Origin: Balamuthia mandrillaris
Taxonomy: Eukaryota
Length of the DNA: 64,000 bases
Direction: 5' to 3'
NCBI GenBank assembly: GCA_031835245.2
Contig: JAVKOQ020000035.1
Span: forward strand, 1-64,000
Shown here: positions 49,498 to 63,000 of the stretch, piece after piece
Layout of the letters: each line of letters opens with the position of its first letter
Position numbering within the stretch: the stretch's first letter is position 1
The notes under the pieces: model-generated
Database searches by the model: none
Seen by the model: the letters and a program-made list of their open reading frames with translations, nothing else
Told to the model about the DNA's origin: nothing
Program-made: the position numbers and the translations under genes

Positions 49498-50136
49498 TTT
49501 GTTGCGCTCACCCCCACGGAGCACGCGGAGGGTGGGGTAGCTGGAAGGGGGAAGAAGTGCACCAGATGGTTGGTTGTTGTTTCTATTTATTTTTGCGTGT
49601 CTGTTTTTTCTAGGCCAGAACACTCTGTACTTGTGGTTACTCATATGTTGGATATCATGACTAGCTGCTTAGAAGAATGCGAAGAGATACCTTTAGAGCT
49701 ACTGGATGCAATACTTGTGACCCTTTTATTTGCGTTACCTTTCAACTTTTTCCACAGATTAATCAGTTTTGATTTCTGATTGGGTCTTTGAATATTCATC
49801 AAATGATTTGATTTGTCGACAGGAAACATTCCGTGTCGACATGGTTTAATGGTTGCTTGCTGTTTCACTGTTACAGTGTCGGCGGTCTTGTGGCGATCTT
49901 GCATTTTTTGGCCAACAACTTAAGCTTCTTAGGTAGCGTGCACATTCATCCGGCAAGCTCCATCCTCACGTGTTCGTTTTGCATTATCTACTGAAAGGGA
50001 TCGGTTCTAAAACAAATTGTATTTATTATTTTAAATACATTCGTAGGAGTTGAAGTGGAAATGGGTGCATCCGGTGCCTGACTAACAAATACAGAGAGTC
50101 CACCTTGCTTTTTGAGTTAAAAAACAGAAGTCTCTA

Positions 50137-52136
50137 TCACAGCTTTTGGAGGATTCCAGTAAAGACGTGCCTGTCGCCATCCATCTTCTCCGTCACCGAC
50201 AAACGAACAGACAGCATGGTACCATCTTTGTGTTGGGCTACCACATCCCTGCCCCTGCCAATGATCTTGGCATCTCCCGTCTTCAAGTAGTTTTTGATGT
50301 AGCCATCGTGCATCCTGCCTTGGTCTGGTGGCATGAGCATGGAGATGTTCCTGCTGACCACCTCGATGAGGGTGTATCCCAGGAGTTGAGAGGCTGCCTC
50401 GTTGAAGGCATGGATCTTGCCGGTCTGGTCGATAATGATGGCTGGAACGACCAGGTTGTCCAACACCTCTCGCTCTTGTTGCAGGATTGATTTTTTGGCT
50501 TCCAGCTCTTCTTCAACTTCCCTTATGATAGCTTTGTATTAAAGGGAGAGAGAAAGGGAAGGTTAAACAAAAAAAACAAAAGAGAAAATCAAGAAAAAAG
50601 CGGATTCTACCAGTAAACAGCTTTCTGGTCGCACTAAGTTGTTGTTCGGTGACGCTAAGGTGTATAGGAATGAGGGAGCCGTCTTTGGTCTGGGCGATGA
50701 CATCCCTGCCAATGCCGATGATATGAGCCTCATGCGTGGAGTTATAGCGGGTCATATATTGGTCATGTTTGGAGGCCACGTCGCTCGGCATCATGAGCTT
50801 TATGTTCTTGCCAACAACTTCAGTTGACTTCCAACCGAACTTGACCTCTGCGGCTTTGTTCCAGAATTGAATAATAGCCTGTTTGTTTGTGTCAGAGTTA
50901 TGAAAAAAAGAATATGTAAAACTTGATAAGAGGATCACTAGGGAAACAGAAAAACAGAGGGAGAGAGTACGTACTGATTCGTTGATAACGATACACACAT
51001 CGCTGAGTTGATTCAACAGTACGAACATTGTTCCGAATGACTCTTGCGGAGGGGCCGAAGACTCGACAGCAGAGGACGAGGACGACGATGCAGGCTGCTC
51101 GATCTTGCGGAAGGTCCCTGTGAAGGAGGATGCACCATCTAATTTGGTTTCGCTCACGCTCAAACGAACCCAAAACATGTGGCCGTCTTTGTGACGCGCC
51201 TGAACGTCCCTTCCAACACCTATGATGTTGGCTTTCTTCGTCCTGTTGGTGGCAGAGAGAAGGATGGTAATAAAAGAGACAAGAGAACTATTCAAAGGCA
51301 GAAAGAAAGGCAGACGTACTTGGCATACGCTTTCAGGTAACCGTCATGCTTGGCGGCAACATCGGGTGGCATCAACATGCTGACATTGCGCTTGACCACC
51401 TCCTCTCTCTTGTAGCCAAACAGCTCTTCAGACGCCTTGTTGAAGAACAATACTCTGCCATTCTTGTTGGCGGAGACAACCGGATCCACCATCGTGTCCA
51501 ACACTGACTTTTCTCTGTTACTCACTTTCTTCTTCCTGTATTACTCAGTTTGCAAGCGGATAAGAAAGAAAGGTATAACTAGTAACGAGATGATTGCAAT
51601 GAAAGAAGGAACCTTTCTGTTAGATAGAGACGGAGGGTGTTGTTGTCTGCGGAAACACCCTCGATGGCCGTCTTGAGATGGCTGCTTTTGCGGATGCGGA
51701 TATGGTCTCCTTCCTCGTCCTTGTAGCGAATGACCATTCTGCTGCCGTATTCTTTTCGTAGCCTGGTCTTCAGTTGCGGGAAGGTGATGCTCTTGGTTAC
51801 CTGTTTGTTTTGTTGGTGAGTTCTTTGTTTGTGCCTCGTTTGCCACAAAAAGAAAATGGAGTTGGAAGCAACCTTGATAAGAGAAATGTCATCGCCAAAG
51901 AAACACTTGAGCGTGAGTTTGTCATCTTTGTTGGTGGCAGCATAAGATCCGCCCTTGTTCTTCGACGAAGAGGTGCTGGCCGTGTCGCTGGAGACCGAGG
52001 TGGAGTCATCGGAATCCGAGTTGGTGTCGGCGTTGAACGCGCCATCCAGCCCATGGCTCAGCATTTTAATCCGCTTTTGTAAACGTTTCTTGTGTCCCAT
52101 CTTTGTTACTCCTATGCGATATTTTAACGAGAAGTT

Positions 52137-52179
<43 letters not shown>

Positions 52180-52497
52180 ACAAACCGAGTTCCACAAAGT
52201 CGTCTGCGTCAAGGTCTTGAAGTTCAGCGCCGCTAACGGCTTGCTTCATGAACTCGGCGCGGTGTTCGCTAAGCTGAATGAAGTCCAGCCAAGTTCCCAC
52301 GTCGTCCACTGTCCATTCCTTTGGGTCTGCACGCCAAAAAAAAAAAAAAAAACAACCCAACAAGAGTCAAGCCAAAAAGTTGGCACAGAGAAAAAGCCGA
52401 ATGCTCATTAAAAAAAATAAGAGTTTACATGCATACCGGTTCGCCGTAAACGAGCCAATGCTTCCACGCTGCTCTCTTTCCCGGTTCCTTTCTTCAT
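50137..52497 (-). CDS. SAM - PB1 - three FixL-type PAS domains
   Basis: SAM DPKEWTVDDVGTWLDFIQLSEHRAEF...LGVTKMGHKKRL; PB1 LTLKCFFGDDISLI...IRYKDEEGDHIRI; three PAS domains each with LMP...HDxY...IIGxGRDV. The stop follows PAS3. Confidence 0.88.
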
Positions 52498-52966
52498 GGT
52501 GGGTTGACACACAGTGTGTGGGTTTTCGCTGCTCGCTTCCCTCTTTTATTTTTCTTAAAATCGTTATGTTTGTTTCTCTTATTTTCTTGTAGATGCGCCT
52601 CACCGTTTCCTTTCAACCTTTTGCTCTCTTTGTTATGCGTTGGTGCGTCCGTAGGCTCAAGTCGCCAAACGAACACGCCTGGCCTAAATAAAGGAATTTT
52701 TAATCAGTCAACCGCAACATCCGATTGGTCAAGTCGCCCTGATATTGTGCAAAAATGGATATCCGTGACGTCAGCAATACATAAATGGAGAATTTTACGA
52801 TGATATAGATCATTTCCAGAGCAACCGTTGTTAGGATACATCCTCTCGGAATGTCTTTGTTCCAACAAGGACGTTTCCCTCTGTGCTGCATTCCAACATG
52901 TTCTTCCTCCTCTATCTCGATCTCTTCTCCTTTTTTCATGGCGTTTGGAAGAGAAACCCTTTTTTT

Positions 52967-53545
52967 TTATTTGTTGCGAGGGGGACGACGACTCGCCAGG
53001 GAGTCGTAAGCCACAACCACAGCGACGGGCCATGCCACCAGCAGGGCAAGCGTTCCCCACGAGAGCTGCGACAAGCTCACCACTCCACCGCCAGAAGAAG
53101 AAGGAGATAACAATTGCCGGTTCGTTTGCTCCGTTGTAGTCTCGATTCGTTGCAAGGATTGTTGCAAGCTTTGGATGATCTCTCTGACTTCTTGTTTGTG
53201 TTGGGCGTACATCTCACGAAGGGGTTTGTCGTCCCACGGCAGCTTGTCTTGAGCTTCGTAAAACTCGTTCTCCTCTTCGGCTTCCTCTTCATCGCTTTCG
53301 TGTTCTTTGATTTCCTCTTCCTCTCCTTTTGCTTTTTGTTTTGTTTCTTCTTTTTCTTTTCCTTTTTCTTGTCGTTGAGCAGAGGAAGAAGAAGGAAGCA
53401 TTTTTGTCTTTGGTTTCTTTTGCTTTGGTTGTGCTACCTCTACCTCCTCTGCTTTCTCTTCTTCTCTTTCTTCCGCTGGAGGAAGTGGACTGTTTGAAAA
53501 CGGGAAAACATTAGAAAATTTTATCCTAGACAAAGAAGAGAGAAA

Positions 53546-53585
<40 letters not shown>

Positions 53586-54898
53586 AAGGAGGCACGAACT
53601 TGGCGTTGATGTACTTGCGGATCAAAATGATTGAAGCACCCGCCTTGCTCTTTGTGGCATTAACCACCCACGCCGGAATGTTGCCCTATTTGTCAGATTA
53701 GAATTTAACAAAGTGAGTCCATAGGAAAAAAGAAGAAATGGAAGATAGCAGATAGAGTGATAGAAGAATGAAGAATGAATAAAGAATAAAGAACGAAGAA
53801 CGAATCAAGAATGATGATGAAGAATGAAGAAAACATGAAGAAGCAAACAAAAATAAGAACCTTTGGATCAACAGTGATGATACGAGCAAAGGAGCACATA
53901 TTGGGACTGCCAGGAACGGGGCGATAAAAAGCTCCCATGATCCGAACAACTCCTCTCACAAAGTTGGAGTCAGCGTAACAGCGGTCGTGATTGATGGAGC
54001 AGCCGTACGTCACGCGAGTGCCATCTTTGAGCGTTGTGTCGCATTTGATGGTTACGAACTCGCGGTTCGTCACTGGGAATGGGGCTTTGTAACGAGCACG
54101 AACCACTATGATGCGGTCTGTCACTTCTGTTGTTGTTTTCGTTTTGTTAGTTGTGGTTTGCGAGAAGAGATGGATGAGACAACGACTAGCGGAAGAGAGA
54201 GAAGGAGAAGCAGAAAAAGAGAGCGAGAAAACATGGAGCCAAAGAGCAGACAGCAGCGAAAAGCGTAGATGCAGAGAAAGAAAACGAGAGAAGCAGAGGA
54301 GAGGAAACGAAAAAGAGAAGAGAAAAGAGAGAGGAACACGACAACAGTGAGCAGAAGACTGGCGAGGACAAGAAAAGCAGAGAAGCCAGGGAGAGACAAT
54401 GGAGAAAAACAATGAAGAGCAGACATAACAATAGAGGAAGGTAAGAAGGTTTGAACCTTCAATGACGTCCAGGCCAACCATCTCTCGTTCCCAATTCTGC
54501 TTAAGCTTGAGGTCATTGGAATCCATCAAACGCTTCAACGCCTTTTTTGTTGTTTTCCATCAAAAACAAATCAGAAAAAAATAAAATCAAAGAGGAAGTG
54601 ACCGAGGAAAACGAACCGCAGGAGAACATTCCACGCTGCCACACACTCGAAGGCTGCTGCTCGCGCTCCCGTCCCCTCCTTCCCGTGGGGGCTGGTCGAG
54701 CAGCTCCACGTCGTCCTTGCCGTAGGTGGCGTGAAAGGGGATCGGGGTCCAGACGCCCTCCTCCACCGCCTCCTTCTCCAGGGCCAGCACCTTGGCCAGG
54801 CACTCCTCGGCCAATCTTTGGTAGTCCTCTTTGGACTTGGGAGAAGGGCACTCGGGCAGCACCACGGGCTCGTTGCTTTGTTCCTTCCAGCCCCACAT
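52967..54898 (-). CDS. START-domain lipid-transfer protein with C-terminal coiled coil and tail anchor
   Basis: KQNWEREM, YKAPFPVTNREFV, FVRG, TVDPKGNIPAWVVN; C-terminal LSWGTLALLVAWPVAVVVAY followed by a basic tail. Confidence 0.85.
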
Positions 54899-55057
54899 CT
54901 TTCGCTGCTGTTCACTTTCTTTCGTTCTTTCCTTCTGTTTGCTTTCTGTTCTGTTTTATCGTCGATTTTTTGAAATTATCAGTAATATTTGTCGATATCA
55001 AAACTACAATAATTGTCGATTTATGATCACTGCTCCGTATCCCTTCGCGCGATAAAG

Positions 55058-56992
55058 TTAAATATATTTTCCTTGCATGTCGATGGGTTGAAAATAAATA
55101 GATAATTTATTGTGCGAGCTCCTCCTTTTCGTTCTCCTTTTCCTTCTCTTTCTCCTTTCCTTCTTCTCCTCCTCCTTCTGCGTCTCCTCCTTCCTCTTCC
55201 GGCAACGCAAACCGCAGATGCGGATGCAGCAACGGCACGCTCCAGTTCTTTGGCAATCGACCCCCATGATGATGCCGTCGTCGTTGTTGATGATGATGGG
55301 AGGAAGAAGATAAAGCAGGGAGTTGGTGTTGGATCAGTTTTGGGGGAGGAAGATCAGGAGGAAGAGCAAAGTCGGGAGGAACTTCTGGGAAGTTGAGCTT
55401 TGCTTCGGCTGTCGGGAGGACGACGTGAAAGGAGGGAAACTCGATGATGTCTTTGTTAGGAAGAAACGTTTGAAGAGTGTCCGTTGGCGAAACGTGATAA
55501 TAAATGGGTCGTTCCGCCTTTTTTCAGTTCGTTATTCGGTTAGATGAGAAGAGAAAAGAGAACGAGAGGAGAAAAACGAACCGGCTGAAACTCGACTTTC
55601 ATGCATAGCAAAAGTTTTTCTGCTGGATAGTCTCTGTAAGGAGCAAGTTGTGGTTCTGTGGAATGCTTTTCGAGGTGACGTCTCAAAACATCGTATAATA
55701 CTTCTGTCTCTTTAATGCTAGGAAAAAAGATTAGTCAAAGAATCCCTTCTTCATGAGACGCACTTACACTTTGTCGTGAGTACTAAACCCAGGTGCGCAA
55801 GGAAAGATCCATTCCACACGCCAGTTAAACGTTTTTGACCTGTGATGATAACAAATAAACAAAGAGAGAGAAGCGTAGGAGAGAAGACAGAAGCAGAGAA
55901 GACATGAGAATGAAAGATGAGAGAGAGAGAGAGGAGAGAGAGAGCAGAGAAGAGAAAAGGAGAGAGAGAAGAGAAGTGCGAGACAAACCGAAAATGAAAA
56001 TAAGAGGTGTTTTGTTTGGCTCTGGACATGGCTCTGGGGATCAACCGCAGCCGAATGTTGCGTGGGATGGCTTCCTTGAGCAGGACCTGCTCTCTGGTTT
56101 TGGTGGTGAGGTCCTGGTTCATGTTCTCCGCGCCGATCTGCGCCACGCTTTGCGTTTGCAGACCTTCTTGGAGGAAGTTAAAGTCTTTTTTTTATTGTAT
56201 GTATGTTTTTTTTTTGTTTTATAATGTTTTTGTTAGTCAGAAAAAACGAAAAAAAAAATACGAAGAGCAAAACAAAAAAGAAAAAAGAAAAAAGAAAAAA
56301 GAAAAAAATTAAAAAATGAAAAAAAGAAAAAAGAAAAAAGAAAAAAGAAAAAAATGAAAAAAAGAAAAAAGAAAAAAAGATAAAATTAAAAAATTAAAAA
56401 AAATTAAAAAAATGAAAAAAAGATAAAAAGATAAAATAGAAAAAAAGAAAAAACGAAAAAAAAGAAAAAAGAAAAATGAAAAAAAAGAAAAAAAGAAAAA
56501 AAGAAATAAAGAAATAAAGAAAAAAAAAGAAAAAAATGAAGAAGAGGGAGGAATCAAAGCAAGAAACCAAAAAAAAAAAAAAAATAAATAAATCGGAGAA
56601 AGAAAGAGAGGGGGAAAAAATACAAAAAACATAAAAAACAAACCGGAGACCACTTGCTGGTCCGAAAAGTCGTCCAGAGAGACGAAGGCGGTTTTGTTGC
56701 GGCGGCCGCTGCATTTGCGCTCCTCTTTGTGTCTCTTCACGCAGGCCACGCTGCAGGTGCGCAGGTTGCACGCCGGGCAACAGTACTTGGAGGGATGCTC
56801 CCCGCAGGCCTCGCAGCTCACTTCCTTTCGTTTGTGGTCGCGTTGTTGTTGTTGTGATGATGATTGCGGTTGCTCTTCTGTTGGATTGCTATCATGTCGT
56901 TGTTGTTGTGGTGATGGACCGGACCCTAAGGAAGGGAGTTGAAGATGAGGCTCCTCTGTTGTTTGAGCCACCCCGCTCTCTTCTTTCTCCAT
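55058..56992 (-). CDS. Box C/D snoRNA biogenesis protein BCD1/ZNHIT6-like (HIT zinc finger)
   Basis: CEACGEHPSKYCCPACNLRTCSVACVKRHKEERKCSGRRNKTAF, D(F)NFLQE, IRLRLIPRAMSRAKQNTS, LRWRNVIIEFP-type motif. The 3' end is approximate. Confidence 0.85.
56225..56640. repeat. Poly-A/purine low-complexity intron tract
   Basis: About 400 bp of near-pure AAAAAAG-type sequence in an intron of the BCD1-like gene. Confidence 0.85.
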
Positions 56993-57425
56993 TCTTTTTT
57001 CTTTCTTTCTTCTTGGTGAGTGAGTTTGTCATGACGACATGTAACCCGAATAACGAAATTGTTATAGATGGGGATCGAACTGCAGCAACGCAAAATATTT
57101 TGTCGACAATTAAATATTTTGATTTTCGATTGGTGGTTTGAATTTTTTTTCGCGATCAAATCCCCTCATGTCGACATGTTTTCTAAATACTTTTCTTTCG
57201 TGTTACACAAAAGAAGGAATCCATCGCCATTCTTCCTGCTCCAAGGAGGCTTTGTTTGTTTCGAAAGAAGAGAGAAACTTGGTGCCGAGAGTAAGGCAAG
57301 GATGAACAAAACGTCCAGGACGAAGAGAGTAGACAAAATTTTGCTGCTAATATAGGCTGGAATGGATAAAAGATTGATCCGTCTCATATATATAATTTTT
57401 TTACAGGTGAAACATGCTTGTTGTT

Positions 57426-59763
57426 TCAATGCAGGTCGCAACCAGGGAAGTACGCCTGAGAGCTATCCCTCAACAGCAAGTCATCATAAAAGCAGACCGC
57501 TCCGCACATGCCATTAAACAACGAATAGGGCTTCGAGCTTCTGTACCATAAATGCACCTCCGCTCTCTCGTCCTTTCTGTCCTTGGAGTATCGCCTCCTC
57601 TCCGCCTCCTCCTTCTTCTCCAATTCAAACTCTGCAAACTTCCACGCTCTGTACAGGTACTTCTTGTGCTTCGTCACGTTGTAGAGGTAGAGAAAGACGT
57701 AGGCATTGCCGCTGATGCCGTGACAGAGGCCGACGCCTTTACGAAGCAGGCCCCTCGTCCATATTACGTGGTCAGCGATGGCTTTGGCCTCTTTGACGTA
57801 TCGCTCGGTGCGGAACTCATCGTGAGCTTTGCAGAGGAGCAAGGCGATGGCCGGGGCGCCGTGGCACCATTGCACCAGCACGTCGTTGTTGGTGCCGCCG
57901 AAGCGGGTGGGGTAGTTGCCGCTCTCCAGACGAGTGGTGAGCAGCCAGTCTATCGTGCTTTCGATGAGTTCGCGGCACGTCTCTTTGGTTGGTTTGTTTT
58001 TATTGGTTAGCAAAAGTGAGACAGCAAAAAGAAGAACAGAGGATGACCGACGAATGCAGAGAGAAAAAACAATAACGAAAGGGATTTAAAGGAGGAAATA
58101 CCATCAGTGCCCGTGTCGATTTGAGGCCAATAGTTGGTACGAAGAAGGAACATCATGAGGATGCCAGCAATACCATGTGCCACCGCCAAATACTCTTTGC
58201 CGTGCCAAGCATACATCAATGGCGGCATTGCTGTTGATATCGGAGGCAAACTCTTTGCATAACTGTTTTCATGGAATGAATTGTAAAGTTAGAGAAACTA
58301 TAACACTCACAAAGAGAAAGAGCAACAAAAAGAACGAACATACCGTATTCCATAACGAATACAAGCAGTTAGGAGCTGTTTCTCTTCGCTCTCGAAGAGA
58401 GTTGGATCTTTAAGCTCATGCGCCACAAAGTAAAGGGCATAAAGGTATCCACCAGCTCCGTACAGCAGTTCCCATTCGCCAAAGTCAGAAGGGACGGGCA
58501 GCAAATCTTTTGATATAGAGCGGAGCTTCTCTACATATAATTCGCTGATCGAGAAAAGTTAATCATAAGACGAAAAGAAAGAAGACAATGACCAAAAGAA
58601 AGAAATATCTGGAAGGAAAAAAGAACAAGAAGAAAAAAACCATTTAGAAGCTCTTCCCAAGTGATGATAGATGGCAGCAGCAACGGCATAGACACCAGCT
58701 CCTCCCGTTATGAAGCTCATTCCAACATCAATATGTCTGTTTGTGTCCAACACAAAACGGAAACAGAAGGAAAAGCAAAGGAAGGTGAGACTATAGCAAA
58801 GCAAAGGGTGAGAAAGTAGAGAGGTACGCTTTGTGTTTTCTCTTCTTCAAAGAATGGGCCAACAAGTCTAATGCTACCTCCAGATAACTTTTAGCCGTTT
58901 GCAAGTATGCAGAATCTTCTCGCTCCTCCTCCTCTTCTTTTCTCGTTGTTGTCTTTATCTTCTTCGTTTCTCGTTCGGCAGGAGTCGCTGACGTAAAAGT
59001 GCTGCGATGGAGACGACGCTCGTGAAGACGAAGATAAGTCAGAGCCACCCCTGCTGCTCCTGTATATACACAATATCCTCTTTTTGTTGTTGTTAATACA
59101 AGTTTAAAGTGGTTTGCATGACTAAGAAACGGGAAGAGAAGAGAAGAGAAGAGAAGAGAACGATGAAGAGAAGAGAACGACAAAGAGAAGAGAACGATGA
59201 AGAGAAGAGAAGAGAACGATGAAGAGCAGTGAACGACGAAGACAAAGAACGACGAAGAAAGAGAGAAGCAGAGCGACGAAGAGCAATGACGAAAAAGACG
59301 ACATCACAGAGCAGAAAGGAAGGAAAGACGGCAGCAACAAAGGAAGTAGAAGAAGAGAAGCAGAGACGAAAGAGAAGAAGAAAAGGGGGCTCACTTACGC
59401 AAAGTTGCGAATGGAAGGAGGGCACTGCTCCTCCACGATGGCCAACACCTCTTTCTGCCTCTCCGCCAACCACAGCTTTTGTCGCTCGGTGGGATAGTCC
59501 TCCCCCTTGCCCTCCTCCACCACCACCTCCTCCTCCTCCTCAACGGCTCTCTCCTTGGCCCTCTCTTTCGCCGTCGGTGCGCCCTTCTTCCTCTGAGCGG
59601 CGGAGGAGACGAACTCCTCCCAGTCCTTCATCTCGTTGGCAAAGAACCTGGCTCTGGCCTCGCTGCTCAAGCGTTTGAGGCGTGTGGTGGTGGTGGTCGT
59701 CGTCGCAGAGGACACTGCTGGCTCGTGCTCCTTTTCTCCTCTCGTTGGAGGGAATCTCTCCAT
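57426..59763 (-). CDS. LanC-like protein (LANCL/GCR2 family)
   Basis: VYTGAAGVAL, ELLYGAGGYL, YLAVAHGIAGI, VQWCHGAPA, GLLRKGVGLCHGISGNAYVF, PYSLFNGMCG. Confidence 0.93.
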
Positions 59764-60090
59764 CTTTTCTCTCCCTTTTCGCCTTTCTTATGTTCCTATT
59801 CACAGATGAGCGGCGAAGAGTTTTGAAGATGAGAAGCAAGATTTTTAAACGAACCTCAGTGAGTGAAGAAGAAGAAGACGACACACGAACGCAAGAAGAA
59901 AGCCAGCAAACACTTAAAATCTCTTTTTCTTTTCTTTCTATTTTTTTATTATAAAATTTAAAAATAATAAAAAAATGAATAAATAAAATGTAAAAAATTT
60001 ATTAAATAAAAATTACAATAAAATTTTATTTTTTTGTGTTTTTTCGTTCCATTTTCTCTCTTCTTTTCCTCTCTTTTCTTTTCTGTTATG

Positions 60091-63000
60091 CTATGAAGCA
60101 GAAGAGGAAGAAGAGGAAGAAGAGGAAGAAGAGGAAGAGGAAGAAGAAGAGGGAGAGAAGGGGGAGAGCTGCTGGGCGAGGAAGGCGCGAAGGGCGGGCA
60201 CGTTGTAGGGCTTGCCGATGAGGTCGTTCATGCCGCTGGCCAGGCACTGCTCGAAGACGCTCGAGGCGGTGGTGGCGCTCACCCCGACGATCGGGATGGT
60301 GGCGGCGGCCGGATCGATGGGCGTCGAGCAGGAGGAGGAGGAGGAGGGCGGACGTGAAGGGGATGGGGAGGCGAGCTGACGGATTTGCATGGTAGCTTCG
60401 TAGCCATTGCAGTTCTGTTACATGAGAGAGAGGGAGAGAGAGAGAGAGATAGAGAGAAGAGAGAGAAAGAGAGTTAGAAAGAAGAAACGAGAAGGAGAAC
60501 GAAGGAATCGAGAAGAACGAAAAGAAAGACAGAAAAAGAATTGAACAAAAAACAAAATACGAACGGGCATCATGATGTCCATCAGAATGAGGGAGTAATG
60601 TGCAGCGCCGTGCTGTTTGACCATGGCAACGGCCTCGTTGCCGTCCTCCGCCAGCTCGACGGCATAGCCAGCGCTCTTCAGGATGGTGTGCATCAACTTT
60701 TGGTTCATTCGGTTGTCTTCCACGACCAATATTCTGTGAACGGTCCTCGATGCCGGCGTTTCGTGATTGCTGTTGTCATGGCCGACGAAGAGCCGCCATG
60801 GACTGTTTGAAACTCTTCTGGGGGTTGTTATGGATGTTGTTATGGCCGTCTTTTGTTGTTGATGTTGTTCGTGTAATAACAAAGGAGAGCTTTCGTTTGT
60901 TCGTTCGAGCTTTCGTTGAGCCTCGGTTTTGTTCCGTGGTTCGTCTTCTTCGTCTTCAGCATCATAAACGATTTCTTCTCTTCTTCTTTTCGCCTGAAGA
61001 TCTTCTGTGCTCTCTCTTCTTTCCACTTGTTTGCTTGGTGAAAGAGCAAAAGGAGACGTCGTCGAACTTTGTCTCAAGTTGCTAACTCCGTTTGGAGATG
61101 AAATGTTTGTGCAGCGTGGAGAACAAGAACGAGAAGAAGGGCAGGAAGAACGCGGAGTAGAAGTCGCTGATGTTTCTCCATCCGATGAAGAGGCAGAAGA
61201 TGCGGACGGAATATTCGTCGAGCTGTGCCTTCTTCTTGTTGCTGAGGGTGATGATAGTTTTGTGGAAGCACTGGAAGAACGCAACAAAGCGCCGCTGTGA
61301 CTTTCGCATCGAGAAGAACATAAAGGAGAAGGCAAACCGGAAGAAGAGGAAGTGGATGTAGTGGAAGAAGAAGTCAAAGAGGAGGAATAAGAAGGGTAGC
61401 AGTAGACGTCTTTCGAAGACGAAGCACAGGAAGAGGCAGCTGAGGAGGAGCAAGAAGGAGAGGCGGAAGATGAACAAGAAGAGGAACAAGATGGAGGAGA
61501 GGTGGCGGCAGAGTCAAAGACCCAAGAAGAATTGTACTTGTGACGAGGGGTATTGGAGAGACTCGGTTTACGACACATGAGAGTAGTGTGACTCAGTCCA
61601 ATGCGAGCTGTGTTGAAGAGCATGGTCGCTCCAACATCTATAATCCGGTTGTTGCCATTGGTGTTGATGCTCCTTTCTTCAAAGTTGTTAGCGTCTTTCT
61701 CTTCTTCTGCTCCTTGCTCATTATCGTCTGCTTTTTGTTTTGGTTGGTGTGGTTTAAGAGTCGGTTGCAAAGGAGATGTTGATGGAGAGGGATAAATGCT
61801 TCTAAGATTGTTGAGAGAGTAGGAAGAGTCCATCGTTATAGACCTCCTTTTAGGTCTTGTGCCCTCCTTTTCATTCTCATGCTTCGTCTGTTTCTCATCA
61901 TTGTTCGCGAGCTGTTGATTTGTTCTTCCAGCAACAACAACTGAATCTATACTTTGACAAAGAAACGGAGGAGAAGAAGAAGTTGAAGAAGTAGTAGTGG
62001 AGAGCTCGTCATTTACTGCGTCTTCATCGTCGTCATCATCAAAGCTGAACAGTTTACATGATTGATGCCTCTTTTTCTTGTTGATAGCAGTTGATTGCTC
62101 CTCCGAGAAGGACAGCGTGGAAAAGGGCCAGTCTAAACTGTGTCTACCACGACCGGCGAACATGTTGCAGTAAGAAAGATTTCGGGAGTGATGATGGTTG
62201 CTGCTCTTCATCATTCTTCTGGCTCCACGGAAAGAAGAGCCTTCTTTCCTTCTTTCCGTCTTTCCCTCTTCAGTTTCTCGCTGTTCTTCTTCTTCTCTTA
62301 CCGTTAGTAGGCCTAAATGAAGTTCATCTCGTTCTTCGTCAATTTCGTGATCTCTCAAGTTGTGTTGCATTTGTTTCTTCCAAAGAGGAGGAATTGATAT
62401 TGGACTGTCTGTTGGACCTGCGCTCATCCTTTTATGCTTCTTTGTTTTCTTTTTTTTCCTCCTCTTCTCGTTTTGGCTCTCTGTTTCTTCATGTTGTCGT
62501 AAAGCATTGGCATCGTTCTTTTTCTTTTTTTCCTTCGAAGTTGCCGGTAAAGACTGCGACCGTTGTCTTTTAATCTTTCTACTAACATTATTTTCTTCTT
62601 CTCCGCTTTCTTCTTTTGCTCTCGTTTCCCTTTCTTTGTCTTCTTCTCTGTTTGTCCTCTTCTCTTCCTCAGGAACCGAAGAAAGACTAGTCTTTGCAGC
62701 AGCAGCGGAAGAAGCAATAGTCTTTGGTGCGGATGAAACCGGAATGGAAGAAGAAGAGGCACCAAGAGCAGAGCCGATCTGCTTCATAACGTTGGAACGC
62801 GAACGTTGACTTGTATTCGCCTCGAGCGTGTTGAAGACTGTCTGATTGAGGAAGTCCAAAACGCTTTCGGTGTCTTGGTTCAGCTCCCACACTTCAACTC
62901 CGAGTAACCAACCTTCTTCTCTCGCCTCTTCCATCAAACCTCCAAGGTTTAATGTGCATGAATACATCTCTGGTTCTTCTTCTTTGGTATCTTCTTCTAT

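Noticed and set aside
57426..59763. LanC as part of a lanthipeptide biosynthetic cluster
   Set aside because: It is an intron-containing eukaryotic LANCL with no LanB/LanM, precursor peptide or transporter nearby.
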